From NCBI GenBank assembly GCA_963667035.1, contig OY762964.1:1184001-1248000 (forward strand): a stretch of DNA of 64,000 nt, in the 5' to 3' direction. Shown here piece after piece: positions 52,029-64,000 of the stretch; the stretch's first letter is position 1; each line of letters begins with the position of its first letter. The position numbers were made by a program, and so were the translations under genes. The DNA is from Candidatus Cloacimonadales bacterium. GTDB lineage: Bacteria > Cloacimonadota > Cloacimonadia > Cloacimonadales > JAFGVF01. The notes under the pieces are model-generated. The model was not told where the DNA came from, ran no database searches, and saw only the letters and a program-made list of their open reading frames with translations.

Positions 52029-53490
52029 ATGCTTAAAAAAGTTTCTGACACACAGTCCCAAATGGAGTTTGTAATAATAGATGATTTAGTACCGGTAGAT
52101 CACATACTAAGGAAAATCGATAGCGTAATAGATTTTTCATTCATTTTAGATAGAACAGCGCACTACTACCGGTCGTCCTCCAATTCATCCTATTACTCTT
52201 TTCAAAATGCTTTTTATTGGCTATCTATTCGGTATTCGCTCGGAAAGACAATTGGTCAAAGAGATTGAGGTCAATGTGGCTTATCGTTGGTTCTTAGGCT
52301 TTGGATTAACTGATAAAGTACCTCATCACTCAGTCTTCAGTCAAAATCGTAGAAGGCGATTTAATGATAGCAGCGTATTCGAAGAGATTTTTATAGATAT
52401 AGTGAAGTTAGGCATTAAACATGGATTAGTTGATGGAAAGATACTTTATAGCGACTCAACCCATCTAAAGGCAAATGCTAATAAAGGTAAATTCGAGGAT
52501 ATTGAAGTTGAGGTATCCTCCAAGAGTTACTTGGAAGATCTTAACACAAGCGTTGATGAAGATCGGAAGGCTCATGGTAAGAAACCTTTACCTCCTAAGG
52601 ATAACAATCTTAAAGGAGGAGCATCACCTAAAGTAAAAAATATCAAGTCCAGCACAACAGATCCCGATAGTGGCTTTATGACCCGTGATAGAAAGCCTCA
52701 AGGCTTCTTCTACTTAGATCATAGGACAGTCGACCATAAAACGAACTATATAACCGATGTTCACATTACTCCCGGTAATGTAAATGATAGCACCTGCTAT
52801 ATTGACAGGTTACAGTTCCAACAAAAGGTTTATGGTTTTAATGTTCAGGCAGTAGGGCTTGATTCAGGATATGATACAATTAACATTTGTAAGCAACTGG
52901 TAGATATGAATATTATGGGAGTCCTTGGCTACAAAAGACAGGGAGGTAAGAAAGGTCTATTTAAAAAGAACAAATTTACATATAATTCCCGGAAGGATGT
53001 TTACATATGTCCATGTAATAAAGAGTTAAATTATAGAACAACGAGCCGTGATGGCTATAAAGAATACAAGTCGAATCCTAGTGAATGCAAGAATTGTCCA
53101 ATGCTAAGTAAATGTACAGAAAGTAAGTCTTCTCAAAAAGTAATCACTCGTCATGTCTGGGAAGAGAGCAAAGAGATAATCCACAAGAATAGGTTAACAT
53201 TATGTGGGAAAGAGATATACAAGAGGAGAAAGGAAACCATTGAGAGAAGCTTTGCCAATGCAAAGCAACTTCATGGCTACCGATATGCAAAATATCGAGG
53301 AATAGAGCGAGTTCGAGAACAAGCTTATCTAACAGCTATCGTGCAAAATATCAAGAAACTCGTAAAATACCTTTTCAAAGGTAAATTAGGGAAATTAATA
53401 GCAAAATTTATCATCAATTACATGATTTTCAACTCCAATTTACACGAAAATAGAGCTAAATCTCGCATGTTTAGGTTTGGACTCAGTTAA
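52029..53490 (+). pseudogene. IS1182 transposase split by an 11-bp deletion
   Basis: TTTGTATTGTT of copy 1 is missing after ...ACAGCGCA (~52162), giving ORFs 52023-52268 and 52207-53490. Confidence 0.88.
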
Positions 53491-53554
53491 AGTGAAGAAA
53501 AATGACTTTCAACAATATATCCATGTAAATTAGAATGTTTTTGTCAACAATCTG

Positions 53555-53584
53555 AGACCGGTCTTATGACCGGTCTTTGTTTTT
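53555..53584 (+). terminator. Right copy of duplicated hairpin with T tract; original terminator of the C25 gene
   Basis: AGACCGGTCTTATGACCGGTCT followed by TTGTTTTT. Confidence 0.8.
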
Positions 53585-53714
53585 GCTATGAACGTAAGGT
53601 TGCGGACTTTTTTTTGTGTAAGAATATTGTAAACAGCATTTTCCTTAAATCAACAAAACTAGCTATCATTATTCATTTGACACTTGATGTAAATCAGCAA
53701 TTATAGGATTCAAT

Positions 53715-54533
53715 ATGAATACAAAAAGCAATCCAATTGGAATCTTTGATTCCGGTGTTGGCGGACTAACAGTTTTTAAAACAATCCGTCAAACATTTCC
53801 CGCCGAAGACATTGTTTATTTCGGTGATACTGCTCGTGTCCCTTATGGTCCCAAATCAAAGAACACTGTTATTGAGTATTCAATACAGAATGCTAGCTTT
53901 CTGATACAACAGAATGCTAAGATAATTATCGTTGCTTGTAATACTTCCTCTGCCGTAGCTTTACCTTACATTAGAAAGATTACAAAAATACCTGTAATAG
54001 GTGTTATCACTCCTGGTGCGATAGCTGCAGTGAATTCAACAAGGAACGGGAGAATTGGGATTATAGGTACAGAGGGAACTATAAGAAGTAATGCTTATCC
54101 TGAGGAGATTCTTGCTCTTAAAAAAGATGCTGAGACTCATTCAACACCCTGCCCGCTTTTTGTTTCTCTTGCAGAAGAAGGATGGGAGAATAGCCCCGAA
54201 GCAGAGAGTATTGCAGAAGTTTACTTACAGAAACTTATAGAGAAAGAAGTGGATACCATTGTTCTTGGGTGTACTCACTATCCAATTCTTAAAGATACAA
54301 TTCAAAGAGTCGTTGGTAAGAACATAAGATTAGTTGATAGTTCGGAAGCAATAATTGATAGCCTCAGAATGATATTGCCTGATCCGGTAACTGACAAGAT
54401 CGGTCATGATTACTTTTTCGTAAGCGATAATGAAGATAAGTTTTATTCAATAGCTTCAAGAATACTGGAAAGAGAGATATACTCCTTACAAAAAGTTAAA
54501 TTAAGAGAGACATGGTTTGTTGATAATAATTAA
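53715..54533 (+). CDS. murI: Glutamate racemase
   Basis: IFDSGVGGL, PYGPKS, ACNTSS, LGCTHYP. Confidence 0.96.
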   Translation: MNTKSNPIGIFDSGVGGLTVFKTIRQTFPAEDIVYFGDTARVPYGPKSKNTVIEYSIQNASFLIQQNAKIIIVACNTSSAVALPYIRKITKIPVIGVITPGAIAAVNSTRNGRIGIIGTEGTIRSNAYPEEILALKKDAETHSTPCPLFVSLAEEGWENSPEAESIAEVYLQKLIEKEVDTIVLGCTHYPILKDTIQRVVGKNIRLVDSSEAIIDSLRMILPDPVTDKIGHDYFFVSDNEDKFYSIASRILEREIYSLQKVKLRETWFVDNN

Positions 54534-54547
54534 GATAATAAAGATAA

Positions 54548-56161
<1,614 letters not shown>

Positions 56162-56181
56162 ATAGTTAACTAATATAGATT

Positions 56182-56211
56182 AAGGGAGACAGAAAATGTC
56201 TCCCTTTTTTT
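56182..56211 (+). terminator. pyrG intrinsic terminator
   Basis: AAGGGAGACA-gaaaa-TGTCTCCCTT followed by a T run. Confidence 0.85.
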
Positions 56212-56326
56212 ATGTGTAACGAAATCCACCTGCTCTGCAGGTGGTTCCCCAAAGCTTTAGCTATGCACAAAAATTCCTCCATCGTAACTTTGTAGTGTCA
56301 GCTGCAAAATAAACAAAGGAGGAATA

Positions 56327-56500
56327 ATGGATAATAGTACATTATCACATACTACATGGAATTGTAAATACCACATAGTCTTTGCACCCAAGTATCGACG
56401 ACAGGTAATTTATCGCAAACTAAAAAAAGATATTGGTGAGATACTGCGAGTATTATGTGAACGGAAACAGATTGAAATCATTGAAGCAGAGGCTTGCAGT
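56327..56500 (+). pseudogene. tnpA: Truncated IS200-type TnpA (Y1 HUH transposase) N-terminus
   Basis: LSHTTWNCKYHIVFAPKYRRQVIY...EAEAC; similarity stops just before the expected DHIH motif. Confidence 0.88.
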
Positions 56501-56960
56501 AATGCTTCCAGCAACCTAATAACTCAACAAACAGCAGTTTGATGAGTTTAAAAGAATTTATAACCAAGAAAGACCTCATGATGCACTAGATGGACTAACA
56601 CCCGACAACTTCTATGAAGCAAGTACAAAAAGATTTCCATCAAAAATACTTGGACCCAAGTACGACAAAAGTCAGGAAGTGAGATTAGTAAAGAAAAGTG
56701 GACAATTTAAATTTAAGGGCAAGGTCTATTATATAAGTGGTTTATTAATTAGAGAGAGAATTGCTTTAGAACAGATAGAGGAAGGAGTTTGGACAATATT
56801 CTTTTACCATATTCCAATTGCAAAACTTGACGAAAGAGCAAGTAAACTATTTCCAATATCAAAACATAAAAGCAGATATAACAAAAAAAGAAGGCCCTAA
56901 GTGAAGAAAGGTGTAACCTATGTTCCTGGTTTATTTTGTTACATTTCTCCCGTTCGTACA
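56500..56960 (+). pseudogene. IS481-like transposase C-terminal fragment plus right end
   Basis: QFDEFKRIYNQERPHDALDGLTP...EVRLVKKSGQFKFKG to TAA 56900, then TGTAACCTATG...TGTTACATT repeats ending in ACA at 56960. Confidence 0.75.
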
Positions 56961-57293
56961 ATAGTTGTGCAGCTTACATTTTCTCAGAGGGCAAGAGCCT
57001 GGCCAGTATCAGCCCTTATAGGGCAAGTCCAAACCACCAGCTGAGCTTGGTGGTCATGATTTTAAAAGAACTGATTTATCCATATAACCAAGTAAGTGTC
57101 AATCATTCAAATACAAACTGATACCTAGGTTACATTTCTTCATTATCTATCTCAGCTAAGTTACATTTGATAAATATTCCCAAAAATGTAATCTTTGATT
57201 AAAGCTTGTATTATAACTAATGATGTCAAAATTGTTTGACAATAAGGGGGGAGTGAAAACTACTTGAAAATCAAATCTATATGAGGATAAGAT

Positions 57294-60200
57294 ATGCTAA
57301 ATAAATTACTGAGAAAATTGATGGGTGACAGACAAACTAGAGACTTAAAAGATTTCTATCCCATAAAAGATAAAATTAATGAAAAGTATCCCGAACTTCA
57401 AGCTCTGAACGATGATGCTATTAGAAATCGTGTTACAGAGATTAAAGATGAGATTAGAGAAGTCATATCACCATTAGAGCAAGAATATGAAGAAATGCTG
57501 GCAAAGTATCAAACCGAAGCTAATGATAAGGAGAAAGAGTCTTTAAGAAACAAACTAGATTCATTAAAAGCTAGCCTTAAGAAGACGACTCAAGATATAT
57601 TGGACTTCCACCTGGTTGAAGTTTTTGCCATTGTTAAAGACACATGTCGTAGACTTGTAGGACAATCTTTTTCGGTTAGAGGAAATGACCTTGTTTGGGA
57701 AATGGTACCTTTTGATGTTCAGTTGATAGGTGGTATTGCTCTTCATAAAGGTAACATTGCTGAGATGGCTACCGGTGAAGGTAAAACTTTAGTTGCAACA
57801 CTACCTCTGTTCCTAAATGCATTAACCGGTCGTGGTGCTCACTTGGTTACAGTTAATGACTATCTTGCCTCCCGTGACTCTGAATGGATGTCACCGATTT
57901 TCAATTTCTACGGTATGGAAGTAGGTTGTATTACTACAGGATTAAGCTTCGAAGCAAGACAAGAAGAATACGCAAAAGACGTTACATACGGAATGAACAG
58001 TGAATTCGGTTTCGATTACTTAAGAGATAACATGGCGACAAATCCCAGACAACTCGTTCAAAGAGAGTTTTATTATGCAATCGTCGACGAAGTCGATAGT
58101 ATTCTTATTGATGAAGCTAGAACACCTTTGATAATTAGCGGACAAGTTGAACATGATAAGAATTTCTATATAGAAATAAAACCCCATGTAGCTAAACTGG
58201 TGCATTTACAACAGCAGATGATTGCCGGGATACTATCTGAAATCAGACAAATGATTACTGAAGGTGATAAGGATTCTTTTGCTCTTGGAAAAGCACTTCT
58301 CAAGGTCTATCGTGGAGCACCTAAAAATAAAGCTCTTTTTAAGATTTTGAAAGATTCGGTTTATAAGAAATTACTTCAAGATTGTGAAGGTAGCTACATA
58401 AGAGATAAGAAGATGCATGAGCTTGACGCAGAGTTATTCTTTACGGTTGATGAACGCTCTCATGCTGTAGATATAAATGAAAAAGGTAGAGAACTACTTG
58501 ATAAATATGAAGACAATCTTTTCCTTCTTAAATCTCTAGATGAAGAGCTTTATGATCTTGATCAAAGAGAAGATATTTCCGTTGAAGAGAAAGAGAAACA
58601 AAGACAAGAAATTACTCGCTATTTCATGGATAAGAATGAGAAGTTACATAATATAACACAATTACTAAAAGCTTATATGCTGTTTGAACAAAATGTCGAT
58701 TATATTGTTCAAGATAATAAAATAGTCATTGTTGATGAGTTTACCGGTCGTGCAATGCCGGGAAGAAGATTTAGCGAAGGGTTGCACCAAGCTCTTGAAG
58801 CAAAAGAAAATCTTAAAATTGAAAAAGCAACTCAAACTCTAGCGACAATAACTCTTCAGAATTATTTCAGGAAATTTGAGAAGCTTGCAGGTATGACAGG
58901 TACTGCTATAACAGAAGAGAATGAGTTCTTCGAAATATACAAACTGAAATGTATACAGATACCTACAAATGTCCCAATTACTCGTATAGATCACGATGAT
59001 GTGATTTATATGACCAAGAATGAGAAATTTAAAGCTATTATTGATGAAATAGAGTATTGGCATAACTTAAATAAACCTGTACTTGTTGGTACCGTAAGTG
59101 TCGATGTGTCGGAAACATTGAGCCGTATGTTGAAGCGTAGAAAGATAGTACATAATGTACTCAATGCTAAGTACCATGAACGCGAAGCTGAAATTGTCGC
59201 TATGGCTGGTAAACCGGGATCGGTTGTCATTGCCACCAATATGGCAGGCCGTGGTACCGATATAAAGCTTGGTCAAGGAGTTATTGTGCAAGATAAAGAA
59301 AGCTATCGCAATATGAATGGAAAACCAACAAAAGATCAACCCTTTGGTGGACCATTAGACGGCCTACATGTTATTGGCAGTGCCAGACATGACTCCAGGC
59401 GTATAGATAGGCAGTTAAGAGGTCGTGCCGGTCGTCAAGGTGATCCAGGAACATCAAGATTTTATTTATCACTTGAAGATGACTTAATGAGATTATTCGG
59501 ATCAGATAGAATAGCCCCGATGATGCAGAAAATGGGAGTTAAAGAAGATGAACCTATTATGCATCCTTGGATGACAAAAGCTGTTGAAAGAGCACAATCT
59601 AAGGTTGAGGAACATAACTTTGAGATTCGTAAGCAATTGTTGAAATATGATGAAATTATGAATCAACAAAGAGAAGTTATCTATCAATACCGTAGAAATG
59701 TTCTGAAAGGCTTTAACTTAAAATCAGAAATCATAGAAATGATTAAGGATACTATCTGGAGAAAAGTCGAAGAGATAACCACAGTTGACCAGTATCCCGA
59801 GAACTGGGATTTAGGTAGATTGAGAGCATGGCTGAATTTAGAATATAACTTGAACTTAAATGAGAATTGTTTTGAAACGGAAAGGCTTACTGAAGATACT
59901 TTACATTCAATGACTGAAGAATTGATAATGGACGCTTACGCTAAAAGAGAAGAGCTTCAAGGTGATGAAAAAATGCGTGAGATTGAGCGACGCTCATTAC
60001 TGGAGGTTGTAGATTCTGAATGGCGCGACCATCTTCATGAGATGGATCATTTGAGAGAAGGTATAGGTTTAAGAGCGTATGCACAAAAAGATCCGCTGAT
60101 AGAATATAAAAAAGAAAGCTTTGAATTGTTCCAGAGTTTAATTGAGAGATTACAATCAAGAGTTGCTAAAAACGTATTCATTATGCAACTTTACACTCTT

Positions 60201-60425
60201 GAGGAATATAAGAATCTTATGGCTAACATCCAGATGGAGCACAAAGATGTCGATACATTTGCTAGTGAAGCCAATAATCCTCAACCTCAAAGCAAAGAAC
60301 CTGAAAGGCCTAAACTTCAACCTATTGTTAATGATGTGGAAATAGGACGTAATGAACCATGTCCTTGTGGTAGCGGAAAGAAATATAAGCAGTGCTGTGG
60401 TAAGCGGAGAGCTGATTTGGAATAA
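57294..60425 (+). CDS. secA: Preprotein translocase SecA (long form with SEC-C motif)
   Basis: [68 protein letters not shown]. Confidence 0.98.
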   Translation: MLNKLLRKLMGDRQTRDLKDFYPIKDKINEKYPELQALNDDAIRNRVTEIKDEIREVISPLEQEYEEMLAKYQTEANDKEKESLRNKLDSLKASLKKTTQDILDFHLVEVFAIVKDTCRRLVGQSFSVRGNDLVWEMVPFDVQLIGGIALHKGNIAEMATGEGKTLVATLPLFLNALTGRGAHLVTVNDYLASRDSEWMSPIFNFYGMEVGCITTGLSFEARQEEYAKDVTYGMNSEFGFDYLRDNMATNPRQLVQREFYYAIVDEVDSILIDEARTPLIISGQVEHDKNFYIEIKPHVAKLVHLQQQMIAGILSEIRQMITEGDKDSFALGKALLKVYRGAPKNKALFKILKDSVYKKLLQDCEGSYIRDKKMHELDAELFFTVDERSHAVDINEKGRELLDKYEDNLFLLKSLDEELYDLDQREDISVEEKEKQRQEITRYFMDKNEKLHNITQLLKAYMLFEQNVDYIVQDNKIVIVDEFTGRAMPGRRFSEGLHQALEAKENLKIEKATQTLATITLQNYFRKFEKLAGMTGTAITEENEFFEIYKLKCIQIPTNVPITRIDHDDVIYMTKNEKFKAIIDEIEYWHNLNKPVLVGTVSVDVSETLSRMLKRRKIVHNVLNAKYHEREAEIVAMAGKPGSVVIATNMAGRGTDIKLGQGVIVQDKESYRNMNGKPTKDQPFGGPLDGLHVIGSARHDSRRIDRQLRGRAGRQGDPGTSRFYLSLEDDLMRLFGSDRIAPMMQKMGVKEDEPIMHPWMTKAVERAQSKVEEHNFEIRKQLLKYDEIMNQQREVIYQYRRNVLKGFNLKSEIIEMIKDTIWRKVEEITTVDQYPENWDLGRLRAWLNLEYNLNLNENCFETERLTEDTLHSMTEELIMDAYAKREELQGDEKMREIERRSLLEVVDSEWRDHLHEMDHLREGIGLRAYAQKDPLIEYKKESFELFQSLIERLQSRVAKNVFIMQLYTLEEYKNLMANIQMEHKDVDTFASEANNPQPQSKEPERPKLQPIVNDVEIGRNEPCPCGSGKKYKQCCGKRRADLE

Positions 60426-60835
60426 TGAAAATTGATAAAACTGATATGATTAAAGCTTTAGATAGTGATATTACAGATGAAATGCTAAATCTCTTAACTG
60501 ATGAAGAGAAGGATTTTCTATACAATCTGTTAACATTACAAGATAAAGATAAAAGTAGTTATAATAGAATACTTAGTAGTCAGGAGAACTATGCTCTGAC
60601 AACCGGAGCATACGGGTATTTGTTAACCCTAATGAATATTGAGTCTATTACAGCAATGGATTTAGAAAACATACTTAATGCCTGTGTCAGTATATACAAC
60701 GAGACTCATACAAAAGTTGACAGGGACAGGCTTGATAAAATCGTTACAATCTATATGTTTACAGGTGTCCAGAATGTCTCTTCACGGGGATATCTGGAAA
60801 TGATAACGGGACAAACAGAATTTAGTAAGAATTAG
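60425..60835 (+). CDS. Probable Smg/DUF494-like protein
   Basis: RILSSQE..LT..AYGYLL.L...I....LE.IL pattern and position directly upstream of topA. Confidence 0.55.
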   Translation: MKIDKTDMIKALDSDITDEMLNLLTDEEKDFLYNLLTLQDKDKSSYNRILSSQENYALTTGAYGYLLTLMNIESITAMDLENILNACVSIYNETHTKVDRDRLDKIVTIYMFTGVQNVSSRGYLEMITGQTEFSKN

Positions 60836-60842
60836 GATAGAT

Positions 60843-63062
60843 ATGGCAAAAGATTTGATAATTGTGGAATCCGCAGCTAAAGCCAGCACTATAAGCAAAT
60901 TTCTTAAAGGTAAGTATAACATATTAGCTTCAATGGGACATGTTAGAGATTTACCTAAGAAAGAATTCGGTGTTGACCTTGAGAATAAATTTAAAGCTAA
61001 GTACGTTACTGACAGAACAAAATCCAAAGTGATTTCATCACTTAAAGATGCAGTTAAAGAAGCAAATACCATATACTTGGCAGCTGACCCTGATAGAGAA
61101 GGAGAAGCTATTGCTTGGCATCTCACTCAAGTACTTAAGAAAGAACTTAAAGGCAAGCAAATCAAGCGAATTGAGTTTAACGAAATAACACAAAAAGCTG
61201 TTCAGGAATCAATTACTAATCCAAGAGATATAGATGAGAATAGGGTAAATGCTCAGCAAGCTAGAAGAATTCTTGATAGAATCGTTGGTTATCAAGTTAG
61301 CCCTTTCTTATGGAAAGGTATATATAAGGGTTTAAGTGCTGGAAGAGTTCAATCCGTTGCCCTGAGACTTATCTGCGAGAGAGAAGAACAGATTAATGCT
61401 TTCAAACCGGAAGAATATTGGAGTATCTCGGCAGAATTTTATAAAGATGGTGCTGAATCATACAAGGGTGTTCTTGAAAAAATTGATGGTAAGAAAGTTA
61501 AAATGGCCAATAAAGAAGAAGCAGAAGCTGTGGTTGAAAAACTCAATAAGAATGAGATTAACATCAACAACATTGCTAAATCTCAACGCAAGCTTCATCC
61601 TCTACCTCCATTTATTACAAGTACTCTTCAACAAGAAGCTTCAAAGATCCTTAACTTCTCGGCTAAAAGAACAATGACAATTGCTCAAAAGCTTTATGAA
61701 GGTATTGACCTGGATGGAGAAAGAAAAGGTCTTATTTCATACATGCGTACTGACTCTGTGAGAATGTCAAATGAAGCTCTTGAAAGCTGTAGAAATTTGA
61801 TAGGGGAGAGATGGGGTAGTAAGTTACTTAATGAAAAAGTTAGACACTTTAGTAATAAGAACAAAGCTCAAGATGCTCATGAAGCCATTAGACCAACAAA
61901 TCCCTTTAACACACCTGAGATGCTATCGAAGTACTTAGATAAAGATGAACTAAGATTATACACCTTAATCTGGCAACGTTTCGTTGCAACTCAAATGGTA
62001 CCGGCCCTTGTTAATACAATTAAAATCGAGACTGTTTCCGGACCTGGTATGTTTAATACCAGTGGTTCAATTATTGAACACAATGGGTTTCTGGAAGCAT
62101 ATCCTCATGTTAAAGTTAACACTGGTGAGTTGATAGATTCTGCTTATGATATTGGTGATTCCGTGAAGACTGAGAATTATCAAACCAATCAGCATTTTAC
62201 CAAACCGCCAAGTCGCTTTAGTGAAGCTTCATTGATTAAAGAAATGGAATCTGATGGTATTGGTAGACCTTCTACCTATGCTACTATCATAAATACAATT
62301 TTACTCAGAAAATATGTTGAAATGGAAAAGAAGTATTTCTTCCCAACAGACTTAGGTATTCATGTTAACTCATTCCTAGTTCAAAGCTTTGAAGAATTCT
62401 TTAATGTCTCTTTCACTGCAGAAATGGAAAATGATTTGGACTCCATTGAATTTGGTAAAATTGACTATGTCGATTTACTGGCAAAATATTATGGTAGTCT
62501 AAAAGAACAAATGTCGGATGTTGATGTTAAAGCTCTTAAGAAAGACCTGCAAGAGACAACTGACATTGTTTGTGATAAATGCGGCGAAGGTCACATGATT
62601 GTTAAATGGGGTTCAAACGGGCAGTTCCTTTCATGTGATAATTTTCCTAAATGCAGGAATATCAAAAACTTCACTCGAGACGATGATGGTAGTATTAAGA
62701 TCAAGGAAGAGGAAAAGCTTGATAAAACATGTCCTGAATGCGGTAATCCCCTGACTGTTAAGTCCGGAAGATTTGGCAAGTTTATAGCTTGTTCAAACTA
62801 TCCTTCATGTAAGTATACTGAAGCAATTCATACCGGAATTAAATGCCCTGAATGTGGAGAAGGTTTTATCACAGAGAAGAAGAATAAAAGAGGTAAGCTC
62901 TTCTATTCATGTACTAACTACCCTAAATGTAAATTCATATCCAATGATAAACCTGTTGCAGAAGAGTGCCCAAATTGTAAGCATGCCTTCCTTTATCAAA
63001 AGCATTCAAAGAAAGAGGGTGATTACAAGATTTGTCCGGAATGCAAAACAATAGTGAAGTAG
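60843..63062 (+). CDS. topA: DNA topoisomerase I with C-terminal zinc ribbons
   Basis: IVES, GHVRDLP, DPDREGEAIAWH, SAGRVQS, ISYMRTDS, GIGRPSTY, repeated CxxC/CxNYPxC. Confidence 0.97.
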   Translation: MAKDLIIVESAAKASTISKFLKGKYNILASMGHVRDLPKKEFGVDLENKFKAKYVTDRTKSKVISSLKDAVKEANTIYLAADPDREGEAIAWHLTQVLKKELKGKQIKRIEFNEITQKAVQESITNPRDIDENRVNAQQARRILDRIVGYQVSPFLWKGIYKGLSAGRVQSVALRLICEREEQINAFKPEEYWSISAEFYKDGAESYKGVLEKIDGKKVKMANKEEAEAVVEKLNKNEININNIAKSQRKLHPLPPFITSTLQQEASKILNFSAKRTMTIAQKLYEGIDLDGERKGLISYMRTDSVRMSNEALESCRNLIGERWGSKLLNEKVRHFSNKNKAQDAHEAIRPTNPFNTPEMLSKYLDKDELRLYTLIWQRFVATQMVPALVNTIKIETVSGPGMFNTSGSIIEHNGFLEAYPHVKVNTGELIDSAYDIGDSVKTENYQTNQHFTKPPSRFSEASLIKEMESDGIGRPSTYATIINTILLRKYVEMEKKYFFPTDLGIHVNSFLVQSFEEFFNVSFTAEMENDLDSIEFGKIDYVDLLAKYYGSLKEQMSDVDVKALKKDLQETTDIVCDKCGEGHMIVKWGSNGQFLSCDNFPKCRNIKNFTRDDDGSIKIKEEEKLDKTCPECGNPLTVKSGRFGKFIACSNYPSCKYTEAIHTGIKCPECGEGFITEKKNKRGKLFYSCTNYPKCKFISNDKPVAEECPNCKHAFLYQKHSKKEGDYKICPECKTIVK

Positions 63063-63065
63063 AAA

Positions 63066-64000
63066 ATGCATTTACGAGATAGTTTTGGAAGTAGTGTTCA
63101 AACAATTCTTTCTCATAAACTGAGATCATTTCTAACCCTTATAGGTATTGTTATAGGAGTGATGGCAGTCGTTACCATGTTTTCTGCTATTAACGGAATG
63201 AAGAAATTTGTGACTGATAACATGGAGAGACTCGGGTGGGATAATTCCATTGTTATTACTCCATCTGAACAGCAGAACTATTGGTCAATGAGATGGCGTT
63301 ACGGTAGAAAACAAAGAAATGTAGAACCTCTCAATTTTGATGACTATAAGTTACTCACAGACAGTTTGAATGTGAAGATGAGTTACGGTATGATTGAAGA
63401 AAACAGTAACTATCGTCATCAGAATCAAAGAAAGTATGTAAAGATTAGAGCAACTAATACAGACTTTTTCTTAAACAAGACTTATGAGATTGGTAAAGGA
63501 AGATACTTCTCAAACTACGAAGAGAATAATAGTGTTAAAGTCTGCGTAATAGGCTATAATTTTGCTAAGAAGTACTTCGAGAACAAAACACCACTTAATA
63601 AAGTTATAAATCTAGGAAATCAAAACTATAGAGTAATTGGTATTTTAGCTGATGACCCGGTCCTTAAACAGAAGAATTTTAACTTTAACGGTTGGGAACG
63701 TCAAGAGGACTTAAAAGCTGTATATATCCCACTTTCAACAGGTGCTAAATATCTTAGAAACAATGGAGCGATTGATTACATATACTTACAATCACCTTCA
63801 TTGGAGGAATACAAAAGCTTAAAAAACAGAGCTAGACAATTGCTCCTCTCAACTCATAGTATGTATCCTAATTTCGGTTTCCAGAATGTAGGCTCTTTCT
63901 TGATGCAAATTACCGAGCAGACTAAGAAAACAATGGATAAATTCAATGTAACTCTATCGATTATTGCCTCGGTATCTTTAATTGTCGGTGGTATTGGTCT
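63066..64000 (+). CDS. MacB/FtsX-type ABC transporter permease, 3'-truncated (absent from ORF track)
   Basis: MHLRDSFGSSVQTILSHKLRSFLTLIGIVIGVMAVV...; window ends in IASVSLIVGGIG. Confidence 0.9.
   Translation, partial: MHLRDSFGSSVQTILSHKLRSFLTLIGIVIGVMAVVTMFSAINGMKKFVTDNMERLGWDNSIVITPSEQQNYWSMRWRYGRKQRNVEPLNFDDYKLLTDSLNVKMSYGMIEENSNYRHQNQRKYVKIRATNTDFFLNKTYEIGKGRYFSNYEENNSVKVCVIGYNFAKKYFENKTPLNKVINLGNQNYRVIGILADDPVLKQKNFNFNGWERQEDLKAVYIPLSTGAKYLRNNGAIDYIYLQSPSLEEYKSLKNRARQLLLSTHSMYPNFGFQNVGSFLMQITEQTKKTMDKFNVTLSIIASVSLIVGGIG

Larger units (their letters stand above)
51903..53554 (+). mobile_element. IS1182-family insertion sequence, copy 2 (1652 bp, frameshifted)
   Basis: IRs CAGACTGTTGACAAA / TTTGTCAACAATCTG; near-identical to copy 1 in the opposite orientation. 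Confidence 0.92.
56214..57060 (+). mobile_element. IS200/IS605-family element relic; both subterminal hairpins kept, interior disrupted
   Basis: Left hairpin CCACCTGC-tct-GCAGGTGG (56226-56244), right hairpin ACCACCA...TGGTGGT (57033-57054), tnpA 5' part. Ends are approximate. Confidence 0.7.

Overview
AT-rich bacterial chromosome segment. The seven secreted proteins ending in a YPNPFNP...FlgD-Ig/T9SS-like C-terminal domain, a long SecA and anaerobe genes (FprA, ferritin, 2[4Fe-4S] ferredoxin) suggest an anaerobic FCB-group organism such as Ca. Cloacimonadota; this is an inference. Housekeeping blocks are mnmE-yhbY-dxs, fprA/ferritin/mutM/holA/uppP, a gyrB-gyrA...umuDC run, murI-pyrG and secA-smg-topA-ABC permease. 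Accessory features: (i) two copies of a ~1.66-kb IS1182-family element, each of which duplicated an entire terminator hairpin, and which differ sharply in one 15-bp promoter spacer; (ii) a ~16-kb integrase-free island bracketed by a duplicated 3' end of an Ldh2-family dehydrogenase gene, carrying a C25 protease and four beta-helix proteins, three of them mosaic paralogs; (iii) a nested IS200/IS481 relic. The most unusual signal is a recurrent non-coding architecture of five direct units at exact 11-nt spacing followed by their inverted counterparts (3959-4055 and 34416-34555, with different core sequences). A degenerate third example may cover the ribosome-binding site of an uncharacterised 150-aa gene (10110-10562). 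No rRNA, tRNA or CRISPR array was recognised.
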